Below are positions 53,890 through 64,000 of a stretch of 64,000 nucleotides of DNA, piece after piece; the stretch's first letter is position 1; the number at the start of each line of letters is the position of its first letter. The notes under the pieces are model-generated. The model made no database searches. It was not told the DNA's origin and was given only the letters and a program-made list of their open reading frames with translations. The translations under genes and the position numbers were made by a program. The DNA lies in assembly GCA_051294375.1 (NCBI GenBank), contig CM119264.1, forward strand, positions 9,606,968 through 9,670,967, in the 5' to 3' direction. Origin of the DNA: Paraspadella gotoi. Its lineage: Eukaryota; Animalia; Chaetognatha.

Positions 53890-54012
53890 CTCGTATCCCC
53901 GCACGCAGCTGCAGAGCGATCAGCCTAAAGTCATAAACGTTTAACAACTTCGACGACGACTCAGATGCGGTGAACTCAAACCGATCGCGAATTGACGTAA
54001 GGATTTTTTAAT
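53890..54012 (-). CDS. Candidate exon, FN3-like C-terminal half, with an in-frame TAA near its 5' end
   Basis: TTTCATCAG acceptor, GTAAG donor, 123 nt, phase 1-1; (D)*KILTSIRDRFEFTASESSSKLLNVYDFRLIALQLRAGIR(G). YDFRLIA resembles FN3 Y-x-F-R-V-x-A. Confidence 0.4.
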
Positions 54013-54055
54013 CTGATGAAATAAGAGTAGGACTGACTGACCGACTGTGACGTAA

Positions 54056-54117
<62 letters not shown>

Positions 54118-54568
54118 TTTTCCCATTTAAAATGTTTTCATCTTTCGATTAAACGTCTCGTTACTTGTTTATCTTCAATTCAAAGTGAATCGCGATATCC
54201 TTGATTATATTGATTGATTATATCCCATTTTTAATCGCGAGGGAAGAATTACGAGTGATTCATCGATGGAGGAAAATCCTTTGTTTGAATTGTTGACGAT
54301 AAAACTTAATCAAATATAGTAAATGTCGTAAGTATATTTAAAAGTAAACGATGTTTTTAAGAGATAAATATAAATTAATATTTATTATTAATTTAATTTA
54401 ATTTAATGAGGAAGAAAGACGGAAAGAAGGTCAAGAAAATCTCGAAAACATCTGCATTCAATTTTCAGGTCCTCATTCACATGTGCAGAGTTAAGCTAGA
54501 GTTGTTGAACTCGGCTTCACGAGAAAGCCATTTGAAAAAAAAACAACATTTTCACCGCCGAGTCTCAC

Positions 54569-54724
54569 CGGATCTCGGAGGAACAAATCCTGGTCGGGTC
54601 GTCATGACCGATTCAAATGTCACAACGGCTAAGCCGCTTATTCCGCCATGCTTCAATGGCCTCCAACGCAAAGTCATCTTTTCAACAGCTTTGCGGTCTC
54701 CCGTTCGCGCCTCACCGAGTTGCC
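54569..54724 (-). CDS. Candidate exon, fibronectin type III-like N-terminal half
   Basis: TTACAG acceptor, GTGAG donor, 156 nt, phase 1-1; (G)QLGEARTGDRKAVEKMTLRWRPLKHGGISGLAVVTFESVMTTRPGFVPPRS. LRWRP...GG resembles FN3 L-x-W-x-P-P-x-x-x-GG. Confidence 0.5.
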
Positions 54725-55009
54725 CTGTAATTTTTACATTTTTAATAAAATTCTCCATACTATTAATAAATTCTTGCCTCCTGACAAACACAACTCATAT
54801 GGATCCTTAATGGTTCAATCTTTTAATAATAATTCATTTATCGTATATTAAAAATATCCCTTTTAACAACCTTTAGTCCATTTCGTCTCTTCATTCTGAA
54901 AGCGAGCGATATATTTTTTTAAAAAATCTGAATTGTCCTAGATCATTTTAAAAAGAAACAACCCTCACTTTAACCAGCAACTCAATAACTTTTTTTTCAA
55001 TTAAAACTC

Positions 55010-58000
55010 CTTTTCTTTTCGCCGCCTCCTCCCCCGCTCCCCCTTTCCCTTTTTCACACCCCTCCCCTCCTTCCCCAGCTCCTCCTTTTCTTTTCGCCCC
55101 TCCCTCCTCCGCTCCTCCTTTCTTTTTTCGCCCCCTACCCTCCCTCCCGCTCACTTCCCTTTTCTTTTCGCCCCCTCCGTCCCTCCCGCTCCTGTCCCTT
55201 TTTCTTCTCACCCTCCCTTCCACTCCGCTCCTCTTTTTTTCTTATTTTGGCACCCCCTCCGTCCCTCCTCCGCTCCCTTTCTTTTCACCTCCCCTCCCTC
55301 CTCCCTCCCCCCTCCCGCTTCTTCCTTTTCTTTTCTCCCTCTCTCCTCAACGCCGCTCCCCCTTATCTTTTCTCCCCCCGCCCTCCCCTCCTTCCTTTCT
55401 TTTCGCTCCCCTCCTTCCCCTCCCGCTCTCCCCCTTTTTCTTTTCACACCCCCTCACCTCCCTCTCCGCTCCTCCTTTTCTTTCGCCCCCTCCCCGCCCC
55501 CCCCGTCCTGTCCTCTCTTCTTTTCCGCCCCTCCGTCCTCCGCCTCCTGTCCTTTTCTTTTCTCTCACCTTCCCTCCCTCCCGCTCCTCCTTTTTCTTTT
55601 TGGCCCCCCCTCGCCTTTCCTCCCGCTCTCCCTCTTCCTTTTCGCCCCTGTCCCTCCATATGGCAGTCAGTCCGCCCTATCCCCTTTTTTTCTTATCACC
55701 CCCTCCGCTCACTCCGCATCTCCTCCTTTTTCTCCCTTTTTCCCTCCCTTCTTCCGCTCCTCCCTTCTTTTTCTCCTCTCTCTCCCTCCGCTCCACCTTT
55801 TCTTTTCCTCTCCCTCAACCTCCCTCCCGCTTCCTATCCCTTTTCTTTTTCCGCCGCCCATCGCCTCCCTCCCGCTCCCTCCTTTTCCTTTTCGCCCCCC
55901 TCCTCCCTCCCCGCTCCTCCTTCATCGCAGTTTCTCCCCCCCTCCGTGCTCCTCCCTTTCTTTTAACCGAGCCCATCCCTCCTCCCGCTCCTTCCCTTTT
56001 TCTTTATTTGCCCCATCCCTCCCTCCGGCTCTCTCCCCTTTTCTTTTCTCATCCCTCTCGTCTCCTTCCGCTCCCTCTCTTTTCTTTTCTCGCACCCCCT
56101 CCCCCTCCCCTCCGCTCCTGCCCTTATCTTTTCTCCCCCTCCCATCCCTCCCGCTCCTCCTTTTTGTTTCGCACCCCTCTCCCTTCCCGCTCCTCCCTTT
56201 TCTTTTCGCTCCTCCCCTCCGTCCTCCGCTGCCTCCCTTTTCTTTTTCGCCCCATCTCCTCCCTCCGCGCTCCTGTTATTTCCCTTTTCCTTTCAACACC
56301 CCCGCCTCCCCCCGCTCCCCTTTTTCTGTTTTTGGCCCCATCCTTCCTCCGCTCCTTTCCCCTTTGTCTTTTCTCGCCCTCTCTCTCCACCCCAGCTCAC
56401 TCTCTTTTCTTTTCTTTTCCTCGGCCCCCTCCCTCCTCCTGTTGTCCTCCCTTTTCCTTTTTATTCGCTCCCTTCCCTCCCTCCCGTCGCTGCCCTTATT
56501 CTTATTCGCTTCTGCCAGCTAGCCCCGCCCCCCTCCCCTCTCCGCTCCTCCTTATCTCTTGTCTCGCCGCCTCCCTCCTCCCGCTCCTCCTTTTTCCTTT
56601 TTTCACCCCTCGCTTCCCTCCCGCTCCTCCTTTTTTCTTTCTTTTGCCCCCTCTCCTCCCGTCCTCCTTTCTTTTCCTTTCTCCTCCTCCCTCTCTCTCC
56701 CGTCCCGGCTCGTCTCTTTCCTCTTTTTCCCCCGTCCTTCCCTCTGGCCCGCTCTCCTGCTGCCCTTGTTCTTTTCGCACCCTCCTCCTCCCTCCCGCTC
56801 CTCCTTTTCTCTTTTTTCGCTACCGCTCATCCTCCCTCCCGCTCCTTCCTATCTTTTTTCTCCCTCGCCTCCCTCCCGGCTCCCTCCCATTTTCCTTTTC
56901 ACCCCCTCCCTCCCTCCCGCTCCCTCTTTTTCTTTTTTGCCCCCCTCCTCCCTCCCGCTCCTCCCTTTTTCTTCTTTTTTCTCCTCTCTCTCCTCCGCTC
57001 CTCTCCTTTTCTTTTCTCCCCCTCGCCTACCCCCCGCTCCTCCGTTATTCTTTTTTCTCCCCTCCCTCCCTCCCGCCTCCTCCTTTTTCTTTTCGCCTCC
57101 TCCCCTCGCCTCTCCTCATTTCTTTTCCTCGCGTTCGCACCTGCTGGTCCGTCCCTGTCCCGTCCTCCCTTTTTCTTTTCGCCCTCCTCCTCCACTCCGA
57201 CCGCTCCTCCTTTTCCTTTTCCCCCGTCCCTCCTTCCGCTCCTCCTTTTTCTTGTTTTTGCCCCTGCCCTCCTTCCCTCGCTCCTCTTTTCTTTTCTCCC
57301 TCTCTCTCCCTCCCGCTCCTCCTTCTTTTCCTTTTCTCCCCCTCCTCCTCCCGCTCCTCTTTTTTCTTTCTCTCCCTCTCTCTCCTCCCTAGCTCTCCCT
57401 TTTCTTATCGGCCCCTCCCTCCCTCTCCGCTCGCCTGTCTTTTTCTCTTCGGCTCCCTCCCTCCTCATCCGCTCTTCTTCCCTTTTCTTTTCGCCCGCCT
57501 CCCTCCCTCACCGCTTCCTCCTCCTTTTTCTTTTTCTCCCCGCTCTCCTCCCATTTCCACCGCTCCTCCCCTTTTCCTTTTCTCGCTCTCATCTCTCCCG
57601 CTCCTGCCCTTTTCTTTTTGCGCCCTCTCCTCCCTCTCCGCTCCTCCTTTCTTTTTGCCCCTCCGTCCCTCCCCGCTCCTCCTTTTCTTTTTTCCGGCCC
57701 CGATTATTTCCTCCCTCAATCCGCTCCTTCCCTTTTCTTTTTTCGCCAACCTCCTCCTCCCCTCCTCCTCTTTTTTCTTTTTCTCCCCCCTCCCTCCCTC
57801 CTGCTCCTTCTCCTTTTCTCCCTTTCCTTTTCTTTTCTCCCGATCTCGTCTCCCTCCTCCCGCTGCCTTACTTTTCTTTTCGCCCCCTCCCTCCTCACCT
57901 GCTGCCTCCCTTTTCTTTTTGCCACCCGTTCCCTCCGCTCCTTCTCCTTTTCTCTTTTCGCCCCCTCCCTCGCCTCGCGCTCCTCCCTTCTTTTTCGCCC

Positions 58001-59935
58001 CTCCCTCCCTCCCGCTCCTTATTCCCTTATACTTTTCCCCCCCTCGCTCCTCCCCTCCCTCGCCAATTTCTTTTCACCCCTCCTACCGCTCACCATCCGC
58101 TCTCTCCTTTTTCTTTTTGCACCCTCCCTCCACCTCCGCCGCTATCCTTCCCTTTTCTTTTCCTCTCCTTCCCTCCTCTCTCCCTCTCCGCTCCTCTCTT
58201 ATTCTTTTCTCCTCCCCTCCCCCCTCCCGCTCTCCCCTTATCTTTTCGCTTCCCCCTCCCTCCCTCCCGCTCCGCTCCTTTTCTTTTCGCCGCCCTCCCT
58301 CCTCCCGCCTCCTTCTCCTTTTCTTTTTTCTCCCCTGCTCGCCTCCCTCCGCTCGCTCCCTTATTTCTTTTCCCTCGCCCCTCTCTCCCTCCCCGCTCTC
58401 CCCTTTTCACTCCTGCCCTTTTCTTTCCGCCCTCCCATACCCTCCCGCTCCTCGCTTTTTCCTTTTCGCCCCCTCCCTCCTCCGCCCTCCCTTTTCTTTA
58501 TTTCTGCCCCCTGTCCTCCCTCCCGCTCCTCACCTTTTTTTTTCTCCCCTCTCTTCCCTATCGTCCGCTCCTCCCTTTCTTTTCGCGCACCACTCCCTCC
58601 CATCCCGCTCCTCTCCCTTTTTTTATTTCCGCCCCCTCCTCCCTCCCAAGCTCCTCCCTTTCTTTTTTCGCCCCTCCCTCCCTCGCCCGCTCCTATCTCT
58701 TTTTTCTTTGTTCTCCCCCATCGCCTTCCTCCGCGGCTCTACCACTTTTCCTTTTTCTATCTCTTCTCCCTCTCTCTCCTTCCCGCTCCACCTCCCTTTT
58801 CTTTTTCCGCCCCCCTACCGCTCCTCACTGCATCCTCCCTTTTCTCTTTCGGCCGCCCTCCCTCCCTCCTCACCTTCTTTCCGCCTGCCTTCCGCTCCTC
58901 CTCTTTTCGCCCCTTCCCTCCCTCCCGCCTCCTGCTCTCTTTTTCTTTTTCGCCCCCTCCCTCTCCCGCTCTCTGTTTTTATCCTCTATTCCCCCTCCTC
59001 CCTTCCCGCTCTTCCACCTTTTCTTTTCCCTCCTCTTCTTCCTCCCCTCCTTCCCTTTCTCTTTCTCCCCTTCTCTCCGCTCCTCCCTTACTTTCGCTCG
59101 ACCCTCGTCCTCCCACTTTTCCTTTTCTTCCCTCTCTCTTCCCTCGCGGCTCCTCCTTTTCTCTTTTCCTCGTCCCCGCCCTCCCTCTTCGCCCCGCCTC
59201 CCTCCCGGCCCCCCTTTTTTCTTTTCTCTCCTTCTCTCCTCCTCCCTCCCGCTCCTCCTTTTCTCTTTCGCCCCTCCCCCTCCCCGCTCCTCCTATCTTT
59301 TTCTCCCCCTCCTCCCTCCCGCTCTCCCTTTTCTTTCACCCCCCTCCCCTCCCGCTCCCTCCTTTTTCTTCTTTTGCCCCCTCCCTCCTGTCCCCGCTCC
59401 TCCCTTTTTCTTTTTCTTCCCTTTCCTCCCTCCCGCTCCTCTTCTTTTCTTTTTCTCTCCCTCCTCCCTCCCGCTCCTCCTTTCTTTTTTCGCCCCCTCC
59501 CTCCCTCCGCCTCCTCCCTTTTCTTTTCGCCCCCTCCCGTCCCTCCGCTCGCTCCCTTTTCTTTTCGCCGCCCTCACTCCCTCCCGCTCCTCCTTTTCTT
59601 TTGCTCCCCTCTCGTCCCTCCGCGCTCCTCCTTTTCTTTTCCCCCTCCTTCCCTCCCGCTCCTCACTTTTCTTTTCTGCACCCCTCCTCCCTCCGCTCCT
59701 TCGCCCTTTTCTTTTTGCCCCTCCGTCCCTCCCGGCTCCTCCCTTTTCTTTTCGCCCCCCTCCTCCCTCCCGCTCCTCCCTTTTCTTTTTGCCCCCCCTC
59801 ACTCCCCTCCTCCCTTTTCTTTTTCGCCCCCTCCTGCCCTCCCCGCTCCTCCCTTTTCTTTTTCGCCCCTTCCGTCCCTCCCGCTCCTCCCTTTTCTTTT
59901 CGCCCCCTCCCTCCCTCCCCCCTCTCCCCCAACCC
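55010..59935. repeat. ~4.9 kb polypyrimidine minisatellite, unit ~35-37 bp (approx. TTTTCTTTTCGCCCCCTCCCTCCCTCCCGCTCCTCCC), noisy
   Basis: The motifs cccgctcctcc and ttttcttttcgcccc alternate throughout; the plus strand is almost purely C/T. Confidence 0.9.
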
Positions 59936-59953
59936 TCCATTTTTACCCTTCAG

Positions 59954-60118
59954 CATCGAGGGTCTCTCTCTTCGAGCTCCTCGTGAGCGCCCCCCCTCGC
60001 CGGCATCGCCTCCATCGCCGCACAGAACGCGCGCCACATTCAATCGGTGCCTCACGGGTTCCACGTCACTTACTCGCTCAACGCCTCCATGTTGCCGGCC
60101 TTTAGGAGGAGACCCAGG
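59954..60118 (+). CDS. Candidate exon immediately after the minisatellite, product unknown
   Basis: CCCTTCAG acceptor and GTAAGT donor flank a 165-nt GC-rich unique segment; the frame is ambiguous. Confidence 0.35.
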
Positions 60119-61024
60119 GTAAGTGGCCGTGTGTATGTCTGGGCAATAAAAAAAAACGCGACGTACTCATTGAAAAAAAACCTTGGGAGAGCAAAACTGA
60201 CAACCACGGTTCTTGAAACGCAAAGAAACAACTTCACTAACGTGGTACAAACATATACTTATTATATATTATTATAAATACATATATAACAACTAAATCA
60301 AATTCCATTCAGCGCCGGTAACGTTAGCTCTTCAACTGCGATTTTTGAAAAAAAAAATTTAACTAAAATAATATAAAAACAAACAAACAAACGAAAAAAA
60401 AAAGCAATTTTCCCCGGGAAAGGCGATCGGTGACCGTTTCGATTTCGAAAACGAATAAGCAGATTCCAACTCACGCGTTGCGAAATCACAAAATCAGCGG
60501 ATTAAACAAACTCATTAAATAAATAATGATATTAACTCCCGTCCCGCGAATCTCACGGGACGTGTTGTTCTCACAAAGCCGGCTAATTTTTTTAGGAGAC
60601 GCGTGAGTTCATCCATCTGATTCAGAGTCACCTGACTACTCTCACAACTCACAAGACGACTCTCGTGACCTTATACTCCGCTACTTTTGTCAGGTTCAAA
60701 ACGAGACCACTTTCGCTAACAAATACTGCACTGTGGCGGAATATTTACACAGGCTCACTCACCATTGGCTCAGAGGGGGAACACACCATCCCAGGCATTG
60801 CGTTCCATCCACAGTCCTAACGTCTTCTCTTTGCGTTGGTAAAGCGAGACCGACCTAGGGTAACCGCCCCAGTGAGGCATCACTGAGGGTTAGAAGCCCC
60901 CAAAGCCAACATTACAGGCAACCTGGCTGTTGCCATATCTCTCTATCCCGACACAGCGGTTTTCCCTCCAGCCAGTGTATTCTTCTCTTCTGCCACAGCT
61001 TACTCCTCTTTAGCCAGAACCTTC

Positions 61025-61132
61025 CAGCCATGGCACTCTTCTCTCCAGAAAGAGCACTCTTTTTTCCAGTCACAGCACTCTCCTCTCCAGCTAGAGCTCT
61101 CTCCTCTCCAGCCCCAGCACTCCCCTCACCGG
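61025..61132. repeat. 21-bp tandem repeat (5 copies, more degenerate copies upstream to ~60945), open in both orientations
   Basis: CCAGCCATGGCACTCTTCTCT / CCAGAAAGAGCACTCTTTTTT / CCAGTCACAGCACTCTCCTCT / CCAGCTAGAGCTCTCTCCTCT / CCAGCCCCAGCACTCCCCTCA. Confidence 0.85.
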
Positions 61133-61727
61133 GCATCGATTTCCGACGCGTTTCCGATTTTCTGAGAGTCAGTGGCAGAGACGCGGATGGCCTGAGGCCG
61201 CCGAGCCCAAATAAATATTCAATATCTTCTTCTGGCAGAATTTGGTTTTTTTCTTTCATCTCATGAAAATAAAACCAGTCGCATTTATCTTCCTTACTTT
61301 TGTCGCCTCGCGTCTTACATTAATAAAGATGCACGTCTTACATCGCTCGTATTTTCTTTTTCTTACTCGTTCTTCTTTGTTTACCTGAACGACAATAGTT
61401 CGTGACAGAAATATTTTTTTTCAATCTAGTATATTTATTTATCTTTTTTTTTCTATTAAATATGAATAGACCAATAAAGGCATTTGTATTTAGGACTCTT
61501 TTCCTTGAAGTGCACCTTTCGCTACCCAAAAGCTAATAGAGGCATCGCCAATCAACCATTTTATTCTCTTTTCTGTAAACCCGTCCTCTTAAACGCCCAA
61601 TAAAATTTATTCGAAAGACAAACGGCAGTTGTATGAAAGAGAGAGAGAGAGAGAAAAAAAAAGAATGTTTCTCCACATTTAATTCTTGTATTCTTTTATC
61701 GTTTTCCGTTTTATCCTTTTATCTCGC

Positions 61728-61949
61728 CAGTGTTGAACAGAAGATATTTCAGACGGGCTTCGCCTCGTCCTTGGCCACAGACCGACGGAAGCGTCGCTGA
61801 GGACGTCGACGACGACGACGCCATTAACGACGACGACGACAACGACAACGACGAACTTAGTGGTCGTTTTGTCGTTTTCGAGTTCGTGGCCCAAAAGGCC
61901 CATCGATGATATGCTTCCCAAAAATTAACGAGGGCTCTGCCTCTGGTTG
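61728..61949 (-). CDS. Candidate Ser-rich exon with a possible GC donor
   Basis: CCCAG acceptor, 222 nt open, phase 1-1; TRGRALVNFWEAYHRWAFWATNSKTTKRPLSSSLSLSSSSLMASSSSTSSATLPSVCGQGRGEARLKYLLFNT(G), followed by GCGAG. Confidence 0.3.
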
Positions 61950-62056
61950 CTGGGATTTTAAGAAACTTTTAAATTTGTTTATAGTTTTTCCGTGAATCGT
62001 TTTTTCTTGTGTCTAAACGCCGCGTCGAAAAATGAAGTGATGATTTGCAAGGAGTT

Positions 62057-62070
62057 TGATTGATTAATTA

Positions 62071-62112
<42 letters not shown>

Positions 62113-62120
62113 TGACTGAC

Positions 62121-62157
<37 letters not shown>

Positions 62158-62175
62158 AATTTATTGATTGATCGA
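62057..62175. repeat. (ATTG)n microsatellite
   Basis: Directly visible. Confidence 0.9.
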
Positions 62176-63233
62176 TTAATATATTTTTGATCGATTCGTA
62201 GTTTTAATTATATTTACCCCTCATTGTAAACATTTATTGATTTTATGTATCTTATTCTTCCAATAATTTTTTTTAATCAATTCTCTCGTTCATCATTCTC
62301 CCGGCGCCCCGAAGGTTTTCCCGCTCGTTACCGCCTTCATTCATTTGAACGACCGCAGTCCATCCTCATATCGGTTATCTATCGTCCTTCGATGTCGTCG
62401 TCGTCGTCGTCGTCGTCATCGTCGTCGTTTTTTCTTCGATGGCATCGTCATTTTTCGTTAGTCTCTCTCAGTCTCCGCATGTACCAAGAAAAAAAAATGT
62501 CCTCGTAGCAAATGAATAAGTTCTTTGATTAAAGAATGAATATATTAAAAAAAGTTTTAATTTTTTTCTTTTTTATCTTTTTTAATTCTAAATTTGGTCC
62601 AGTGAATATATAATTAGTCTGAACTAGATTTAATTTATTATTTCCGTCTTTATTTTGAATGGAAATTAACTCTTATTGTTTTATTTGAAAAGGTAATAAA
62701 ATCAATTTAAGAACAGAATGGATTATTGTTACAACTGAGAAAAACCGTAGATTTTTAGATCTAGATATTTTTGTCATTATTGAGATTAAAGACGAAGTCT
62801 TTTTACATCAACGATTGATTTTTATTTGACAGACATGACATCAATAATACCTAATCACAACGAAAAGAAAGAATATTCGCAATAATTTTGTCAAAAAAAC
62901 TTTAATTCGGATTTGCAAGTTAGGGAAAAAGCGTTTACGTTTCCATTTTCTTCTCATGCTTTATGTATGTTTTTTTATTATTCTTATTAAATTTTCTTTA
63001 GTTTTATATTTTATAACTTTCCATCTCTAAAAAAGAAATTTTTGTCGGTAGCATTTACGAAAAGCTTTTATTTTTTTATTTTTTTATTTTTTCCTTTCTT
63101 TCTTTTATTCTTTTTTTTTTTTTTTTTTGGTTTCTCCAAAAAATTTGCCTTCGAATTGAAATTATTAGAATGAATAAGTAATGCAACGATAAACTTTCCA
63201 TCTTCTTATCACATTACATGGCTTTGGCGCTTG

Positions 63234-63312
63234 ATGGACAAGCGGAGCGAGCTTGTGACTCATCCGAGCAATACAAAAGCTAAAGAGCTACTGGAGTCGA
63301 AAAATGAGGCCG
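63234..63312 (+). CDS. Candidate coding exon, product unknown
   Basis: MDKRSELVTHPSNTKAKELLESKNEA(G) ending at a strong GTAAG donor; the 5' boundary is uncertain. Confidence 0.3.
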
Positions 63313-63756
63313 GTAAGGTATCACTTTAAAAGACCAGTTGGCTTTTAAAAAGAAAGTGCTAATCCTTTATGCAAAGACTCGTCTTGTCGAGACGAGAAGA
63401 GAAGTTTAAATAGAGAAAGAAATAGAGTGAATCGCCAGTCGTGGTCGAACGCGTGGGCGCTCGCGACAGAACACTTAGCAAAAAGGGTCGAAGAGTCGGG
63501 AGTCGGCGTTTGGAGAAGATGGGGGGGAGGGTGGATGGGGGAGAGGTTGATTTTTAGGGGGTGGAGCTGGTGATTACAGGGGGGGATGATTGGGGGGGGT
63601 TCTTTTTTCTTCATCTCTTAGGTTATGCGTTATTTCTATGTGGGCTTTTTTTTTTTTTGGTTATAAAATTGGGGACATTATCGGGTTTATGGATGGGTCA
63701 CAGCCATAGCTTATAATGGATGAATGTAAGAAAGTAAAGAAAATAAAGAAAAAAAA

Positions 63757-63840
<84 letters not shown>

Positions 63841-64000
63841 AACAAATAAACAAATAAACATCGGGCGAAACACTAAATTGAATCGATATAACGAATTAGA
63901 CTTTAATCTACACCGAGATTAAGAGAAAACGAAACGAAGCAAAATTGAAGGAAAGAACAAGAATCTCCTTCGGTCTTCGGCTCAGGGAGAAAGAGAGAGA

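Noticed and set aside
53745-53944. Asp-rich plus-strand frame ending KVINV* as a possible cytoplasmic tail of the Ig protein
   Set aside because: Weak acceptor; (GAC/GAT)n tracts are common non-coding filler here; it overlaps a better-supported minus-strand exon with a GTAAG donor; no TM exon links it.
55247-60122. Very long ORFs (1501 aa, 834 aa, 277 aa) rich in P/S/L/F
   Set aside because: They arise because the C/T minisatellite nearly lacks A and so cannot form stop codons; there is no domain signal.

Overview
This window is eukaryotic, intron-containing DNA, most likely from an invertebrate animal. It comes from a rough draft assembly rich in (AG)n microsatellites, N gaps and noisy long-read-like sequence. 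Two genes can be rebuilt by hand. One is a minus-strand M14B-type metallocarboxypeptidase (CPD/CPE/CPM-like; exons 1437-1166, 1004-741, 523-281; its C-terminal exons were not found and probably lie beyond the left edge). The other is a plus-strand signal-peptide, three-Ig-domain protein with at least 7 exons from 36214 to at least 51095. Also present are a weaker FN3-like minus-strand gene (~53.3-54.7 kb), a decayed L1/Tx1-like retrotransposon (~23.4-25.4 kb), a ~5 kb purine/pyrimidine-strand-biased minisatellite (55.0-59.9 kb) and several unidentified candidate exons. Much of the striking large-scale structure is best explained by gap-filling or chimeric-read artefacts: the inverted repeats at 14.3-18.2 kb, 5.7-12.6 kb and 38.0-39.3 kb, and the 3 kb tandem duplication at 28.3-34.2 kb. 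All of these sit next to exactly-25-N gaps. I found no convincing novel biological system. The more speculative leads are flagged as such.
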